DNA of 64,000 nt, taken from assembly GCA_046758965.1 (NCBI GenBank), contig JBHIBG010000002.1:32001-96000 (forward strand), in the 5' to 3' direction. A program made the position numbers and the translations under genes. Source of the DNA: Candidatus Methylomirabilia bacterium. GTDB taxonomy: Bacteria > Methylomirabilota > Methylomirabilia > Rokubacteriales > CSP1-6. The notes beneath the pieces were generated by a model that saw nothing but the letters and a program-made list of their open reading frames with translations, did not search any database and was not told the origin of the DNA. Below are positions 17,788 through 27,558 of this stretch, one piece after another; the first letter of the stretch is position 1, and the number at the start of each line of letters is the position of its first letter.

Positions 17788-18495
17788 ATGGCTCCGAGGG
17801 TCGCTCAGTGCAAGGCGCGGGTGGAGGCAGTCCGCTCCCTGACACCGGAGATCCGGGAGGTCGACCTCCGGATGGAGGATCCGCCCGAGTTCAGATTCGA
17901 CGCCGGCCAGTGGGTCTCCGTCCCGTTCGGCCCCAAGACCGTCCGCGCCTACTCCATGGCCTCCCCTCCCTCGATGTCAAAGCTTCTCACTCTCTGCGCC
18001 GACGTGGCGCCAGGCGGCATCGGATCCAAGTGGTTCATGGCCCTCAAGCCCGGCGACCTGATAGAGTTCAAAGGTCCCACCGGGGGCTTCATCTTCAACC
18101 GGGCCGACCCGAGACGGCCGCTCTTTGTGGCCGAGGAGATCGGCATCGTGCCCATCCGCTCCATCCTCTGGGATCTCTACCAGACCGGCTTTGGCCGCCC
18201 GGCCACCTTGATCTACTGGAGCCGCGACCCGTCCTGGCTGGCCTACGACCGAGAGTTTCGGCTCCTGAGCCGCCGCTACCCGGGCTTCAGCTATTTTCCC
18301 GCGGTGCGCGAGGCGACTGGCGGCTGGACGGGCGACAACGGTGAGCCGGAAGAAACCGTCGAGCGGACGGTGCCATCGGTTGAAGGGCTCGTGGCCTACG
18401 TCGCGGGCGGCCATCAGATGATCAACACGGTGCGCGAGGTCTTGCTCAGGAAGGGCCTCGACCGAAAGTCGGTCAAGTGGGAGAAGTTCTGGTGA
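17788..18495 (+). CDS. FNR-family FAD-binding oxidoreductase with atypical nucleotide-binding motif
   Basis: FDAGQ, RAYSMAS, GIGS, GPTG; AEEIGIVP replaces AGGxGIxP; ends EKFW. Confidence 0.8.
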   Translation: MAPRVAQCKARVEAVRSLTPEIREVDLRMEDPPEFRFDAGQWVSVPFGPKTVRAYSMASPPSMSKLLTLCADVAPGGIGSKWFMALKPGDLIEFKGPTGGFIFNRADPRRPLFVAEEIGIVPIRSILWDLYQTGFGRPATLIYWSRDPSWLAYDREFRLLSRRYPGFSYFPAVREATGGWTGDNGEPEETVERTVPSVEGLVAYVAGGHQMINTVREVLLRKGLDRKSVKWEKFW

Positions 18496-18500
18496 TGAGG

Positions 18501-18550
18501 CGAGGCCCACGGGTGGTGCGGCCGGGTACCCACGCCACCCGTGGGCCTCG
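18501..18550. repeat. Perfect 16-bp inverted repeat (hairpin without U-tract)
   Basis: CGAGGCCCACGGGTGG 18501-18516 / CCACCCGTGGGCCTCG 18535-18550. Confidence 0.85.
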
Positions 18551-18583
18551 GAACGTTGCGGTCGCCGATAGAAGTGTGGAGAG

Positions 18584-20236
18584 ATGGCTGAGTTAACTGG
18601 CGGCGAGCTGGTGGCGAAGGTCCTCAAAGAGGCCGGGGTGGGGCACATCTTCACCCTCTGCGGCGGCCACATCCTGCCGATCTACGACGGCTGCCTCACC
18701 GAGGGGATCCAGCTGATCGACGTCCGCCACGAGCAGGCTGCGGCCCACGCCGCCGATGCCTACGCGCGTCTCACCCGCAACATCGGGGTGGCACTGGTCA
18801 CCGCGGGACCCGGGGTGACAGACGCGGTGACCGGAGTCGTCAACGCGTTCTCAGCTCGGAGCCCGGTCCTCGTGATCGGCGGCGGCGCCCCGCTGGCGCT
18901 CGAAGGGCTCGGGGCGCTCCAGGAGATGGAGCAGGTCGCGCTTTTCCGCCCCATCACGAAAGGGGCCTGGAGAGTCGTAGAAACGCGCAGGATTCCCGAG
19001 ATGCTGACGACTGCCATCCGCAGCGCGCTCACCGGCCGCCTCGGGCCCGTGTTCGTTGAGATCCCTGTGGACGTTCTCATGGGACACGTGGACGAGCGGC
19101 TGGCCCCGATCCCGACCGGCTACATCCACCGCATCCCCCAGGCTCCCGACCCGGTCGCCATCGCCAAGCTGGCCGACCTGCTGACGCGCTCCGAGCGACC
19201 GGTAGTGGTCGCGGGGAGCGGGGTGTATTGGGACGACGCGGCCAAGGAGCTCACCGCCCTCGTAGAGAGAATCGGGCTCCCGGTTTTCATGAACGGCGCG
19301 GGGCGCGGTTGCCTGTCCTCGGACCACCCGCTGGCCTTCGCCCAGGCCAGGGGGGTTGCCCTTGGCAATACTGACCTGGCTCTTGTGCTAGGCGCACCCC
19401 TGGATTTCCGGCTGGGCTACGGGCGGCCCCCCACCTTCGCCGAGGACGCCCGAGTGGCCATGGTGGACTCCGACCCTGCTGAGCTCGGGCGAAACCGCCC
19501 TCTGGCCCTCGGGCTCACGGGTCATATCGGCCTGACCCTCCGCCAGCTTTGTGAGGCGCTTCCCCCCGGGCTCGCGGCCCGCTACGACTCTTGGCTGGAG
19601 CGCCTGAGAGAACAGGAGCGGGAAGCTCAGGAAAACCTCAAGGCCCAGGCTTGCTCTGACCAGGCTCCGATCAGCCATTACCGGTGGGCCCACGAGATCG
19701 CCCAGGTGGTGGACGCAAGCACCATCGTGGTGGGTGATGGCGGCGACGTGGTGGGGTGCGCCTCCAAGTTCGCGTCGCTCCACCGCCCGGGCCAGTGGCT
19801 CGACCCCGGACCCTTCGGCTGCCTTGGCGTGGGACCTCCCTTCGCCCTGGCGGCCAAGCTTCTTCACCCGGACCAGAAGGTCCTCCTGATCGCCGGGGAC
19901 GGAGCGTTCGGTCTGAACGGTATGGAGCTGGAGACAGCGGTCCGCTTCGGCCTCCCTCTGACTTGCATCATCGGGAACGACGGCGGGTGGGGGCAGATCC
20001 GCAACCCCCAACTCTCCCTCTGGGGCTCGGAGCGGGCCGTGGCCACCTCGCTCCCGTTCACCCGCTACGACCGGATGGTGGAGGCCCTCGGTGGCCGCGG
20101 GGTTCAGATAACTGACCCGGGGGAGATCCGGCCGGCGCTCGAGCGAGCCCTGGCCTCCGACGAGGTCTGGTGCCTGAATGTGATCCTCGACCCGGCTGCC
20201 TATCGCAGCACGGGTCAGGTCTCGCTCGCGATATAG
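18584..20236 (+). CDS. ThDP-dependent enzyme, acetolactate synthase-like / 2-hydroxyacyl-CoA lyase-like
   Basis: GGHI, RHEQ, TAGPG, DPGPFGCLGVG, GDG-X24-ND. Confidence 0.85.
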   Translation: MAELTGGELVAKVLKEAGVGHIFTLCGGHILPIYDGCLTEGIQLIDVRHEQAAAHAADAYARLTRNIGVALVTAGPGVTDAVTGVVNAFSARSPVLVIGGGAPLALEGLGALQEMEQVALFRPITKGAWRVVETRRIPEMLTTAIRSALTGRLGPVFVEIPVDVLMGHVDERLAPIPTGYIHRIPQAPDPVAIAKLADLLTRSERPVVVAGSGVYWDDAAKELTALVERIGLPVFMNGAGRGCLSSDHPLAFAQARGVALGNTDLALVLGAPLDFRLGYGRPPTFAEDARVAMVDSDPAELGRNRPLALGLTGHIGLTLRQLCEALPPGLAARYDSWLERLREQEREAQENLKAQACSDQAPISHYRWAHEIAQVVDASTIVVGDGGDVVGCASKFASLHRPGQWLDPGPFGCLGVGPPFALAAKLLHPDQKVLLIAGDGAFGLNGMELETAVRFGLPLTCIIGNDGGWGQIRNPQLSLWGSERAVATSLPFTRYDRMVEALGGRGVQITDPGEIRPALERALASDEVWCLNVILDPAAYRSTGQVSLAI

Positions 20237-20356
20237 TTCGGAGGGGACCTCGACGGCCCTCTCCGATACCTCAGCCCTAAAGGAAGGTTGCGCGGGCTTC
20301 GCCCGCGCCCGAACTGGATTGCATCACATGAGTCGGTCCATCGTCGAGTCGTACCG

Positions 20357-21436
20357 GTGAGGATTACGTTTCTCTGCCCCCATCTGAGAGTCGCGGGCGG
20401 CGTGCGGGCCATCCTGACCTACGCCGACCGACTTGCGCAGCGCGGCCATGAGGTCGCGGTCGTCGTTCCTGCGAAGAGCCGGCTCCGAGCCTGGTGGCGG
20501 AAGAGGAGAAGCCGCGGGCCGGATTGGTTCCCCGGATTTCGCCCCGAGATACGGTGGGTCAGCACTTGGTCGCCGAGGAAGCTCCCTCCGGCGGACGTGG
20601 TGGTCGCCACGGCCTGGCAATCAGCCGGCTCCGTCCATGCGGCGCCCCGGAGGTGTGGCAAGAAGTTTTACCTGATCCAGCACTACGAGAGTCTCTACCA
20701 CGGCCCGCCCGGCGTGGTTGACGAGACCTACCGCTACCCGCTCAGGAAGATTGTCATCTCCACCTGGCTTCGAGAGACCATGCGTGAAAAATTCGGGAGC
20801 GAGGCTCGGGTGCTTGTGACGCCTGTGGACCCAGCCCTCTTCTCCTGGGTGGAGACCGGGCCCGAGGAGGGCCGGATCCGGGTGCTGATGCTCCACCACG
20901 ACTACGCCTGGAAGGGCGTGGCCGATGGTCTCCAGGCCGTGAGTCTTCTCAGGGCGCGCCACCCTGAGCTGACGCTGGTGGGGTTCGGGCTCAAGAGTCC
21001 CCGAGCGCCCCTGTCGTACGACGAGTTCTACGAAAGCCTCCCCCAAAAGCATCTGGCGTGGCTCTACAGCCGCTGCCCGATCTACCTCTGCCCATCCTGG
21101 GACGAGGGGCTCGGGATGCCGTCCATGGAGGCCATGGCGTGCGGCGCGGCGCTGGTCACCTACGACAACGGAGGCAGCCGAGACTACGCGCTGGATGGGC
21201 AGACCGCGCTGGTGGCCTCGCGGCGTGATGTCGGCGGCTTGGCCGAAAAGCTCGAGCGGCTGGTGACCGACTCCGCCCTGCGAGAGAGGATCGCCAGAGC
21301 GGGGATGGCGTTCATCCGGCGGGAGTTTGACTGGGAGCGCGCGGTGAGCGCGATGGAAGCGCTCTTTCTGGAGCAGGCTGAGCCGACGGCTCCCCCGCCT
21401 CCAGCGGACAGGGGGGCTCGCGCGCTCCCATGCTAG
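20357..21436 (+). CDS. GT4 family glycosyltransferase
   Basis: GGVR, VATAW, KGV, EGLGMPSMEAMACG. Confidence 0.9.
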   Translation: MRITFLCPHLRVAGGVRAILTYADRLAQRGHEVAVVVPAKSRLRAWWRKRRSRGPDWFPGFRPEIRWVSTWSPRKLPPADVVVATAWQSAGSVHAAPRRCGKKFYLIQHYESLYHGPPGVVDETYRYPLRKIVISTWLRETMREKFGSEARVLVTPVDPALFSWVETGPEEGRIRVLMLHHDYAWKGVADGLQAVSLLRARHPELTLVGFGLKSPRAPLSYDEFYESLPQKHLAWLYSRCPIYLCPSWDEGLGMPSMEAMACGAALVTYDNGGSRDYALDGQTALVASRRDVGGLAEKLERLVTDSALRERIARAGMAFIRREFDWERAVSAMEALFLEQAEPTAPPPPADRGARALPC

Positions 21437-21474
21437 AATGGCGTTCGCGGCCATGACCGATCGAGGGTACGACC

Positions 21475-21837
21475 ATGCCAATTTACGAGTATCAGTGCGA
21501 TGGCTGCCGACGGCGAGTCAGCCTCCTGATCCTCACGCCGTCCACCGCACCCGCGCCCCGCTGTCCCAGGTGCGGAGGTGAATCTCTCACCCGGCTCATG
21601 TCACGCTTCGCCAGGATCAAGTCCGAGGAGGACCGGCTCGAGTCGCTGGCCGATCCTTCCAAGCTCGGGGACCTGGACGAGAATGACCCGAAGAGCGCCG
21701 CGCGATGGATGAAGAAGATGGGGCAGGAGCTCGGAGAGGACCTGGGCGGGGATGTCGACGAGGCTATCGACGAGGCGATGGCGGAGGGTGAGGAAGGCCA
21801 GGAGGCTCCAGGCGGGATGGGGGGAGATGACGAGTGA
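21475..21837 (+). CDS. FmdB family zinc-ribbon protein with acidic tail
   Basis: MPIYEYQCxxC...CPRCG. Confidence 0.85.
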   Translation: MPIYEYQCDGCRRRVSLLILTPSTAPAPRCPRCGGESLTRLMSRFARIKSEEDRLESLADPSKLGDLDENDPKSAARWMKKMGQELGEDLGGDVDEAIDEAMAEGEEGQEAPGGMGGDDE

Positions 21838-21856
21838 GTAGCAAGGGGCTCCACCG

Positions 21857-22840
21857 GTGAAAGTGGAGGCCCTGGATCGGTTTGAGCTGGTTGGCGAAAA
21901 GACATGGAACGGCTTCCTGGAGCAGTCAGCCGCTCCCGTCCCGTTTCTCACCTGGCAGTGGCAGAGCCTCTGGTGGAAGGCATTCGGTCATGGGCGGGCG
22001 CTCTCGATTCTCCAGGTTGCCGACTCGACCGGGCGCCCGGTTGGCGTGCTCCCCCTCTATGAGCACACGCCCGGCGCCTGGCAGCTCGTCGGCGGGGTGG
22101 ACGTCTCTGATTACCTGGACCTCCTGGCCGTGCGCGGGCACGAGGAAGCGAGTTGGGCCGCGCTCCTGCACTACCGGGCCGCCGACTCCGACGCGTGGGA
22201 TCTCCACTGCCTTAGGGCGGCTTCGCTGACTGTCTCGCTGCTCCCCCGCCTAGCCCCGGCCGCGGGACTTTCCGCCCGGATCCGGCGTGAGGAGCGTTGC
22301 CCCGTTCTCGCACTGCCCGACTCGTGGGACGGCCTACTGGAGCGCCTCCCCGGGAAGGACCGGCACGAGCTCAAGCGAAAGATCCGCCGTCTCGAGCGTC
22401 AGTGGCCGGAGGCCCGAGTCCGCTCCCACGCCTCCCCCGCCGGGCTCCAGGAAGCCATGACCACCTTCCTGGCCCTCCACCGGAAATCCGGGGCTGGCAA
22501 GAGACGCTTCATGGATCAGCGAATGGAAGAGTTCTTCAGAGAGGTGGCATCGTCCCTGGTGGCCAAGGGGTGGCTTCGGCTCTGGTTTCTGGAGCGCGAC
22601 GAGGCGCCGGTCGCCGCCTTCCTCTGCCTGGAGTTCGCCGGCAGCGTCGCGCTCTACAACTCCGGGTTCGATCCGGCCCGTGCGGCATTCTCCCCGGGGA
22701 TCGTGCTCCTCTGCCACGTGATCCGCGACGCGATCGACCGGAGGTTTGCCCGCGTCGATTTCCTGCGGGGCGAGGAGCGGTACAAGTACGCCTTCGGGCC
22801 CGTCCCCGAGGATCTCTTCAACGTGGTGGTGGCCCGATGA
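21857..22840 (+). CDS. GNAT family acyltransferase (CelD/BcsL, Acetyltransf_6-like)
   Basis: PFLTWQW, SDYLD, YNSGFDP, SPG, DFLRGEERYK. Confidence 0.85.
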   Translation: MKVEALDRFELVGEKTWNGFLEQSAAPVPFLTWQWQSLWWKAFGHGRALSILQVADSTGRPVGVLPLYEHTPGAWQLVGGVDVSDYLDLLAVRGHEEASWAALLHYRAADSDAWDLHCLRAASLTVSLLPRLAPAAGLSARIRREERCPVLALPDSWDGLLERLPGKDRHELKRKIRRLERQWPEARVRSHASPAGLQEAMTTFLALHRKSGAGKRRFMDQRMEEFFREVASSLVAKGWLRLWFLERDEAPVAAFLCLEFAGSVALYNSGFDPARAAFSPGIVLLCHVIRDAIDRRFARVDFLRGEERYKYAFGPVPEDLFNVVVAR

Positions 22841-24096
22841 GGCTCCGGGTTGCGATGCTCTCCGTTCATACCTGCCCCCTGGCCGCGCTGGGCGGCAAGG
22901 AAACGGGCGGGATGAATGTCTATGTCCGCGAGCTCTCCCGGGAACTGGGTCGGATCGGGTTCTGCGTGGACGTGTTTACCCGCTCGCAGAACCCACGGAT
23001 TCCCCGCGTCGTGCCCCTCGGGATCAACTGCCGCGTCATCCACCTTCCGGGCGGCCCCGAGGCCCCGATGGCCAGGGAGGTAGTTTATCAGCACCTCGAA
23101 GAGTTCGTCGACCACCTGGAGAGATTCATCGCGCGGGAGGGCACGACCTACGACCTCGTCCACGCTCATTACTGGCTCTCCGGCGTGGTGGGCCTTGTCC
23201 TCAGGGCTCGGTGGGGGGTGCCACTGATCCAGATGTTCCACACCCTAGGCCAGCTCAAGAACTTCGCCGCCCGGAATGCCACGCCGCGTGAGCCCGACCT
23301 GAGAATCGCCGAGGAGCGGCGCATCATCGGGGAGGCCGATCGCATCGTCTCCGCCAACCCGGTAGAGCTGGCACACCTGGTCGAGATCTACGGGGCCAGG
23401 CCTGATCAGATTGCGGTGATCCCGTGCGGGGTCGACACTGAGCTCTTCCGACCGCTGGACCCGGATGCAGCCAAGACGGCACTCTCCCTCGGCCCTGACC
23501 CGCTCATCCTTTACGTGGGCCGTCTCACTCCGGTCAAGGGGCTCGAGACCCTCCTGGAGGCGGTGAGCGACCTCCGGCGGGAGCCACGGCACCGCGATCT
23601 TCGGCTCCTGGTGATCGGGGGGGATACCGATGAGCTCGACAATGGGCACGAGGCCTTTCTCCGGGAGCAGGTCGCGGCGCTCGGGCTCGAGAACCAGGTG
23701 CATTTTCTCGGGGCCCAGCCCCAGGAGCGCCTTCGGCTCTACCACGCGGCCGCCCGGATGACCGTCATGCCCTCCTACTACGAGTCCTTCGGAATGGTCG
23801 CGCTGGAAGCCATGGCGTGCGGAAGCCCGGTGATTGCCTCACGGGTGGGGGGACTCGCCACCACAGTTGTGGACGGGACAACCGGCTACCTCGTGCCGGA
23901 GGGCGATCCCCGAGCCCTGGCGAGCCGGATCGCCCAGCTCCTGGAGGACGAGGCCCTCAGGCAGCGCTTCGGCCGGGAGGCCATCGGCATGGCGACCCGC
24001 TACCGCTGGGCCGGCGTGGCCAAGGCGATCTGTCGGCTCTACGCCCAGGTGCAGCCGGCCGCCTTCCGGCACCGGGCGCCTGTCCAGTGCCACTGA
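22837..24096 (+). CDS. MshA-like GT4 glycosyltransferase
   Basis: ATGA coupling; HTCPL..GGMNVYV, HAHYWLSG, FHTLG, PSYYESFGMVALEA. Confidence 0.85.
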   Translation: MRLRVAMLSVHTCPLAALGGKETGGMNVYVRELSRELGRIGFCVDVFTRSQNPRIPRVVPLGINCRVIHLPGGPEAPMAREVVYQHLEEFVDHLERFIAREGTTYDLVHAHYWLSGVVGLVLRARWGVPLIQMFHTLGQLKNFAARNATPREPDLRIAEERRIIGEADRIVSANPVELAHLVEIYGARPDQIAVIPCGVDTELFRPLDPDAAKTALSLGPDPLILYVGRLTPVKGLETLLEAVSDLRREPRHRDLRLLVIGGDTDELDNGHEAFLREQVAALGLENQVHFLGAQPQERLRLYHAAARMTVMPSYYESFGMVALEAMACGSPVIASRVGGLATTVVDGTTGYLVPEGDPRALASRIAQLLEDEALRQRFGREAIGMATRYRWAGVAKAICRLYAQVQPAAFRHRAPVQCH

Positions 24097-24217
24097 CCCC
24101 GATTTGGAAGTGGGTTATATGACCACCTGGTAGACTTTCTGCGCAGCAAGATGACGCAACCGGGATAGGGGCACCGCAAATACAAACGCCCCCTACCTGT
24201 GCTAGACTTTCTGCTCG

Positions 24218-25399
24218 ATGCGCGAGAGGCCCTCCCAGGCCCTGGTGTTCTTGATCGACGGGCTTGACCCGGAATACGTCCGGGCGGCCGACCTCCCCTG
24301 CCTGAGCGCGCTCCGGAAGTCCGGGGCCTCCACGCTGGACGGCCGGGGAGCGCTCCCGAGCCTGACCAACGTGAACCATATCTCCCTGCTCACCGGGACC
24401 TACCCCGAGCGCCACGGCCTCTCCGGCAACTTCTACTTTGACCGGGCAACCGGCGCTGAAGTCTTCATGGACCGGGTCGACTTCGTGCAGGAACCCCTGC
24501 TCTTTGAGCGGATCAAGTCTCTGGGCTGGAGCACGGGCCTCGTCACGGCCAAGGCGAAGCTCACCCGGCTGCTGCGCCGGGGTCTGGACCTGTCAGTGGA
24601 CATGTCTTGGGCCCCGGAAGAGGTTGCGGAGGTCGTGGGCCCGGCCCCGGATCTCTTCTCGCTGGAGATCAACCTCTGGGTGCTCGAGATGGCCCGCGAG
24701 GTCGCGGCCCGCTACGCTCCGGACCTCCTCTACGTGGCCACGACCGACTACCCCCAGCACAAGCTCGCCCCTGACCATCCGGAGATGCATCGTTACCTTC
24801 GGGCCGCAGACCAGCTGATCGGTCAAATCGTGGAGCGCTACGATCCGGAACGCGCCGTGGTGGTCCTCACTGCCGACCACGGGATGAACGCCAAGACCCG
24901 ATCAGCCAGCCCGGTTCAGTGGCTGGCCGAGGCGGGGATCCAGGGCCGCGGGGTCCCGCTCATCCGCGACGGCCTCTACGCCCACCACCGTGACCTCGGG
25001 GGCTCGCTCTACCTCTACCTCGAGGAGCCGGAGCAGGGAGATCGGGCACGGCAGGCGCTGGCGGCAGCTCCGGGAATCGATCGGGTCGTACCCAGGAGAG
25101 AGGCGTCCGAATTTCACCTGCCGCCCGAGCGCGTGGGAGAGGTGATCTGCTTTGGCCAGCGCGAGTGGGCGCTGGGGGTCTGGAGCGACGGCGAGCCGGT
25201 CCGGAGCGAAGAAGGCCTCCGGTCCCACGGCTCCCTCCATGAGCAGGCGATCCCCATCGTCCTGGCCGGCGCCGGGGTCCGTCCGGGAAGCGAGATGGTG
25301 AACGGCCGGATCGTGGACCTGGCGCCTACCCTCTCACACCTCCTGGGGCTCGATGGCGGGGGGTTCCAGGGCCGGGTCCTCGAGGAGGCGCTGTCGTAG
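24218..25399 (+). CDS. phnA: Phosphonoacetate hydrolase-like alkaline phosphatase superfamily enzyme
   Basis: IDG, PSLTNVN (Thr nucleophile), [32 protein letters not shown]. Confidence 0.75.
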   Translation: MRERPSQALVFLIDGLDPEYVRAADLPCLSALRKSGASTLDGRGALPSLTNVNHISLLTGTYPERHGLSGNFYFDRATGAEVFMDRVDFVQEPLLFERIKSLGWSTGLVTAKAKLTRLLRRGLDLSVDMSWAPEEVAEVVGPAPDLFSLEINLWVLEMAREVAARYAPDLLYVATTDYPQHKLAPDHPEMHRYLRAADQLIGQIVERYDPERAVVVLTADHGMNAKTRSASPVQWLAEAGIQGRGVPLIRDGLYAHHRDLGGSLYLYLEEPEQGDRARQALAAAPGIDRVVPRREASEFHLPPERVGEVICFGQREWALGVWSDGEPVRSEEGLRSHGSLHEQAIPIVLAGAGVRPGSEMVNGRIVDLAPTLSHLLGLDGGGFQGRVLEEALS

Positions 25400-25402
25400 C
25401 TA

Positions 25403-26398
25403 ATGGCCACGCTGCTCGAGGTGCGCGATCTCAGGACCCAGTTCCTGACCTCCCGCGGCGTGGTGCGGGCGGTGGATGGGGTCTCCTACGATGTCCAGGA
25501 GGGAGAGACCGTGGCGCTCGTCGGGGAGTCGGGATGCGGCAAGACAGTGAGCGCGCTCAGCCTGATGCGCCTCGTGGCTGCCCCGGCTGGACGGATCGTC
25601 GGCGGGCAGATCCTCTTCAAGGGACGGGATCTGCTGCAGCTCAACGCGGAGTCGATGCGAAGGATCCGAGGACGGGAGATCGCCATGGTCTTCCAGGAGC
25701 CCATGACCTCGCTGAACCCGGTCCTCTCCATCGGCCGCCAGCTGACGGAGACGCTGGAGATCCATCTCGGGATGACCGCCGACCAGGCGCGGCAGCGGGC
25801 CGCGGAGCTCCTGGCGACGGTGGGCATTCCCGACCCCGAGCGCCGCCTCGCCCAGTACCCCCACCAGTTCAGTGGTGGCATGCGGCAGCGGATGATGATC
25901 GCCATGGCCCTGTCCTGTGGTCCCTCCCTGATCCTGGCCGACGAGCCCACCACGGCGCTGGACGTCACCATCCAGGCCCAGATCCTCGAGCTGATGAAAG
26001 ACCTCTCCCGCCGCCTCGGCGTCGCCATGGTGATCATCACCCACAACCTGGGCGTGGTGGCGCGCTATGCCGACCGGGTCAATGTCATGTACGCGGGAAA
26101 GATAATCGAAAAGGGGACAGCGCGCGAGCTTTACGCCAACCCTCGGCACCCTTACACTCTCGGCCTCCTCCACTCGGTCCCCCGCCTGGACGAGCCGCGC
26201 AAGTCCAAGCTGGACCCCATCGACGGACAGCCCCCGGACCTGACACAGCTGCCGCCGGGCTGCGCCTTCGCTCCCCGGTGTGCCTACCAGATCGACCGGT
26301 GCATCCGGGAGGTTCCGCCTCTAGAGCCAGTCGGCAACCCGGGCCACCTTTCTGCCTGTTGGGTCGCCGAGCGCCTCGCAGCCGGGGTGAAGACGTGA
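25403..26398 (+). CDS. Peptide/nickel ABC transporter ATP-binding protein (DppD/OppD-like)
   Basis: [29 protein letters not shown]-terminal Cys motif. Confidence 0.93.
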   Translation: MATLLEVRDLRTQFLTSRGVVRAVDGVSYDVQEGETVALVGESGCGKTVSALSLMRLVAAPAGRIVGGQILFKGRDLLQLNAESMRRIRGREIAMVFQEPMTSLNPVLSIGRQLTETLEIHLGMTADQARQRAAELLATVGIPDPERRLAQYPHQFSGGMRQRMMIAMALSCGPSLILADEPTTALDVTIQAQILELMKDLSRRLGVAMVIITHNLGVVARYADRVNVMYAGKIIEKGTARELYANPRHPYTLGLLHSVPRLDEPRKSKLDPIDGQPPDLTQLPPGCAFAPRCAYQIDRCIREVPPLEPVGNPGHLSACWVAERLAAGVKT

Positions 26399-27441
26399 GC
26401 GAAGCCCCGACGCGCTTGAGCCAGCAGGCGGAACCGCGCCCGCCGTACACCAGTCCGGCCGGGCCGGGCGCCGGCCCGCTCGTCGAGGTCAGGGATCTGG
26501 TCAAGCACTACCCGGTTCGGACCGCGACCCTCTTCGGCCGTTGGGGGCTGATCCGGGCCGTGGACGGGGTCAGCCTCAGCATTGCGGAGGGTGAGACCCT
26601 GGGGCTTGTCGGCGAGTCAGGATGCGGGAAGACGACGACCGGACGTTGCATCCTTCAGCTCGAGCGGCCCACCTCTGGAGAGGTCGTCTTCGAGGGCGAG
26701 GCCCTCACGCGGCTGGATCAGGTGTCGCTCAGGAAGGCCCGACGCCGGATGCAGGTCATCTTCCAGGACCCGTACTCCTCGCTCAACCCACGCATGACCG
26801 TCGGCCAGATCATCGCCGAGCCGCTCAAGGTGCATAGGATCATGCCGAACGCTACGGCTCGCGCCGAGCGCGTTGCCGAACTTCTGCACTGCGTCGGGCT
26901 CCTGCCGGGCCAAGCTGACCGTTACCCCCATGAGCTGTCAGGCGGGCAACGCCAGCGCGTGGGGATCGCCCGCGCCCTGGCCATGGAACCCTCCTTCATC
27001 GTCTGCGACGAGCCGGTCTCGGCGCTGGACGTGTCGATCCAGGCCCAGATCATCAACCTGCTCGAGGAGCTCCAGGAGCGCTTTCGCCTGACCTACCTCT
27101 TCGTGGCGCACGACCTGTCCGTGGTCCGGCACATTTCCGACCGGGTCATCGTCATGTACCTGGGGAAGATCGTCGAAGTGGCCGACCGGAAGACCCTGTA
27201 CGAGGATCCCCTGCACCCTTACACCAAGGCCCTCCTCTCCGCGGTCCCGATCCCCGACCCTGCTGTGGAAGCCACCCGCGAGCGCATCGTGGTCAAAGGG
27301 GAGGTGCCGAGTCCCCTCAACCCCCCTTCCGGGTGCGTCTTCCACCCCCGCTGCCCGAGTGCCATCCCTGACTGCCAGCAGGTGGTCCCGGATCTCCGGG
27401 AGGTTCGCCCCAGGCACTGGGCCGCCTGCATCAGGGTTTAG
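26395..27441 (+). CDS. Peptide/nickel ABC transporter ATP-binding protein (DppF/OppF-like)
   Basis: GTGA overlap; [32 protein letters not shown]. Confidence 0.93.
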   Translation: MSEAPTRLSQQAEPRPPYTSPAGPGAGPLVEVRDLVKHYPVRTATLFGRWGLIRAVDGVSLSIAEGETLGLVGESGCGKTTTGRCILQLERPTSGEVVFEGEALTRLDQVSLRKARRRMQVIFQDPYSSLNPRMTVGQIIAEPLKVHRIMPNATARAERVAELLHCVGLLPGQADRYPHELSGGQRQRVGIARALAMEPSFIVCDEPVSALDVSIQAQIINLLEELQERFRLTYLFVAHDLSVVRHISDRVIVMYLGKIVEVADRKTLYEDPLHPYTKALLSAVPIPDPAVEATRERIVVKGEVPSPLNPPSGCVFHPRCPSAIPDCQQVVPDLREVRPRHWAACIRV

Positions 27442-27470
27442 GCCGGGAGTTTAAGCCCGCACAGAAGGTC

Positions 27471-27500
27471 TTGACAGGAGGGCAGGGGGGAGAGTAGGCT
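27471..27500 (+). promoter_or_regulatory. Putative internal sigma-70 promoter for the SBP gene
   Basis: TTGACA-N18-TAGGCT, with AAGGAGG RBS downstream. Confidence 0.5.
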
Positions 27501-27558
27501 ACCGCCGCCCGATGTGACACGAGGCGCAAAGTCCTGATTTTCCCAAGGAGGTGCTAAG

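Noticed and set aside
22837..24096. Assigning mshA and mycothiol biosynthesis
   Set aside because: The motif differs (HTCPLAALGGKET) and no mshB/C/D orthologs are visible; kept as MshA-like only
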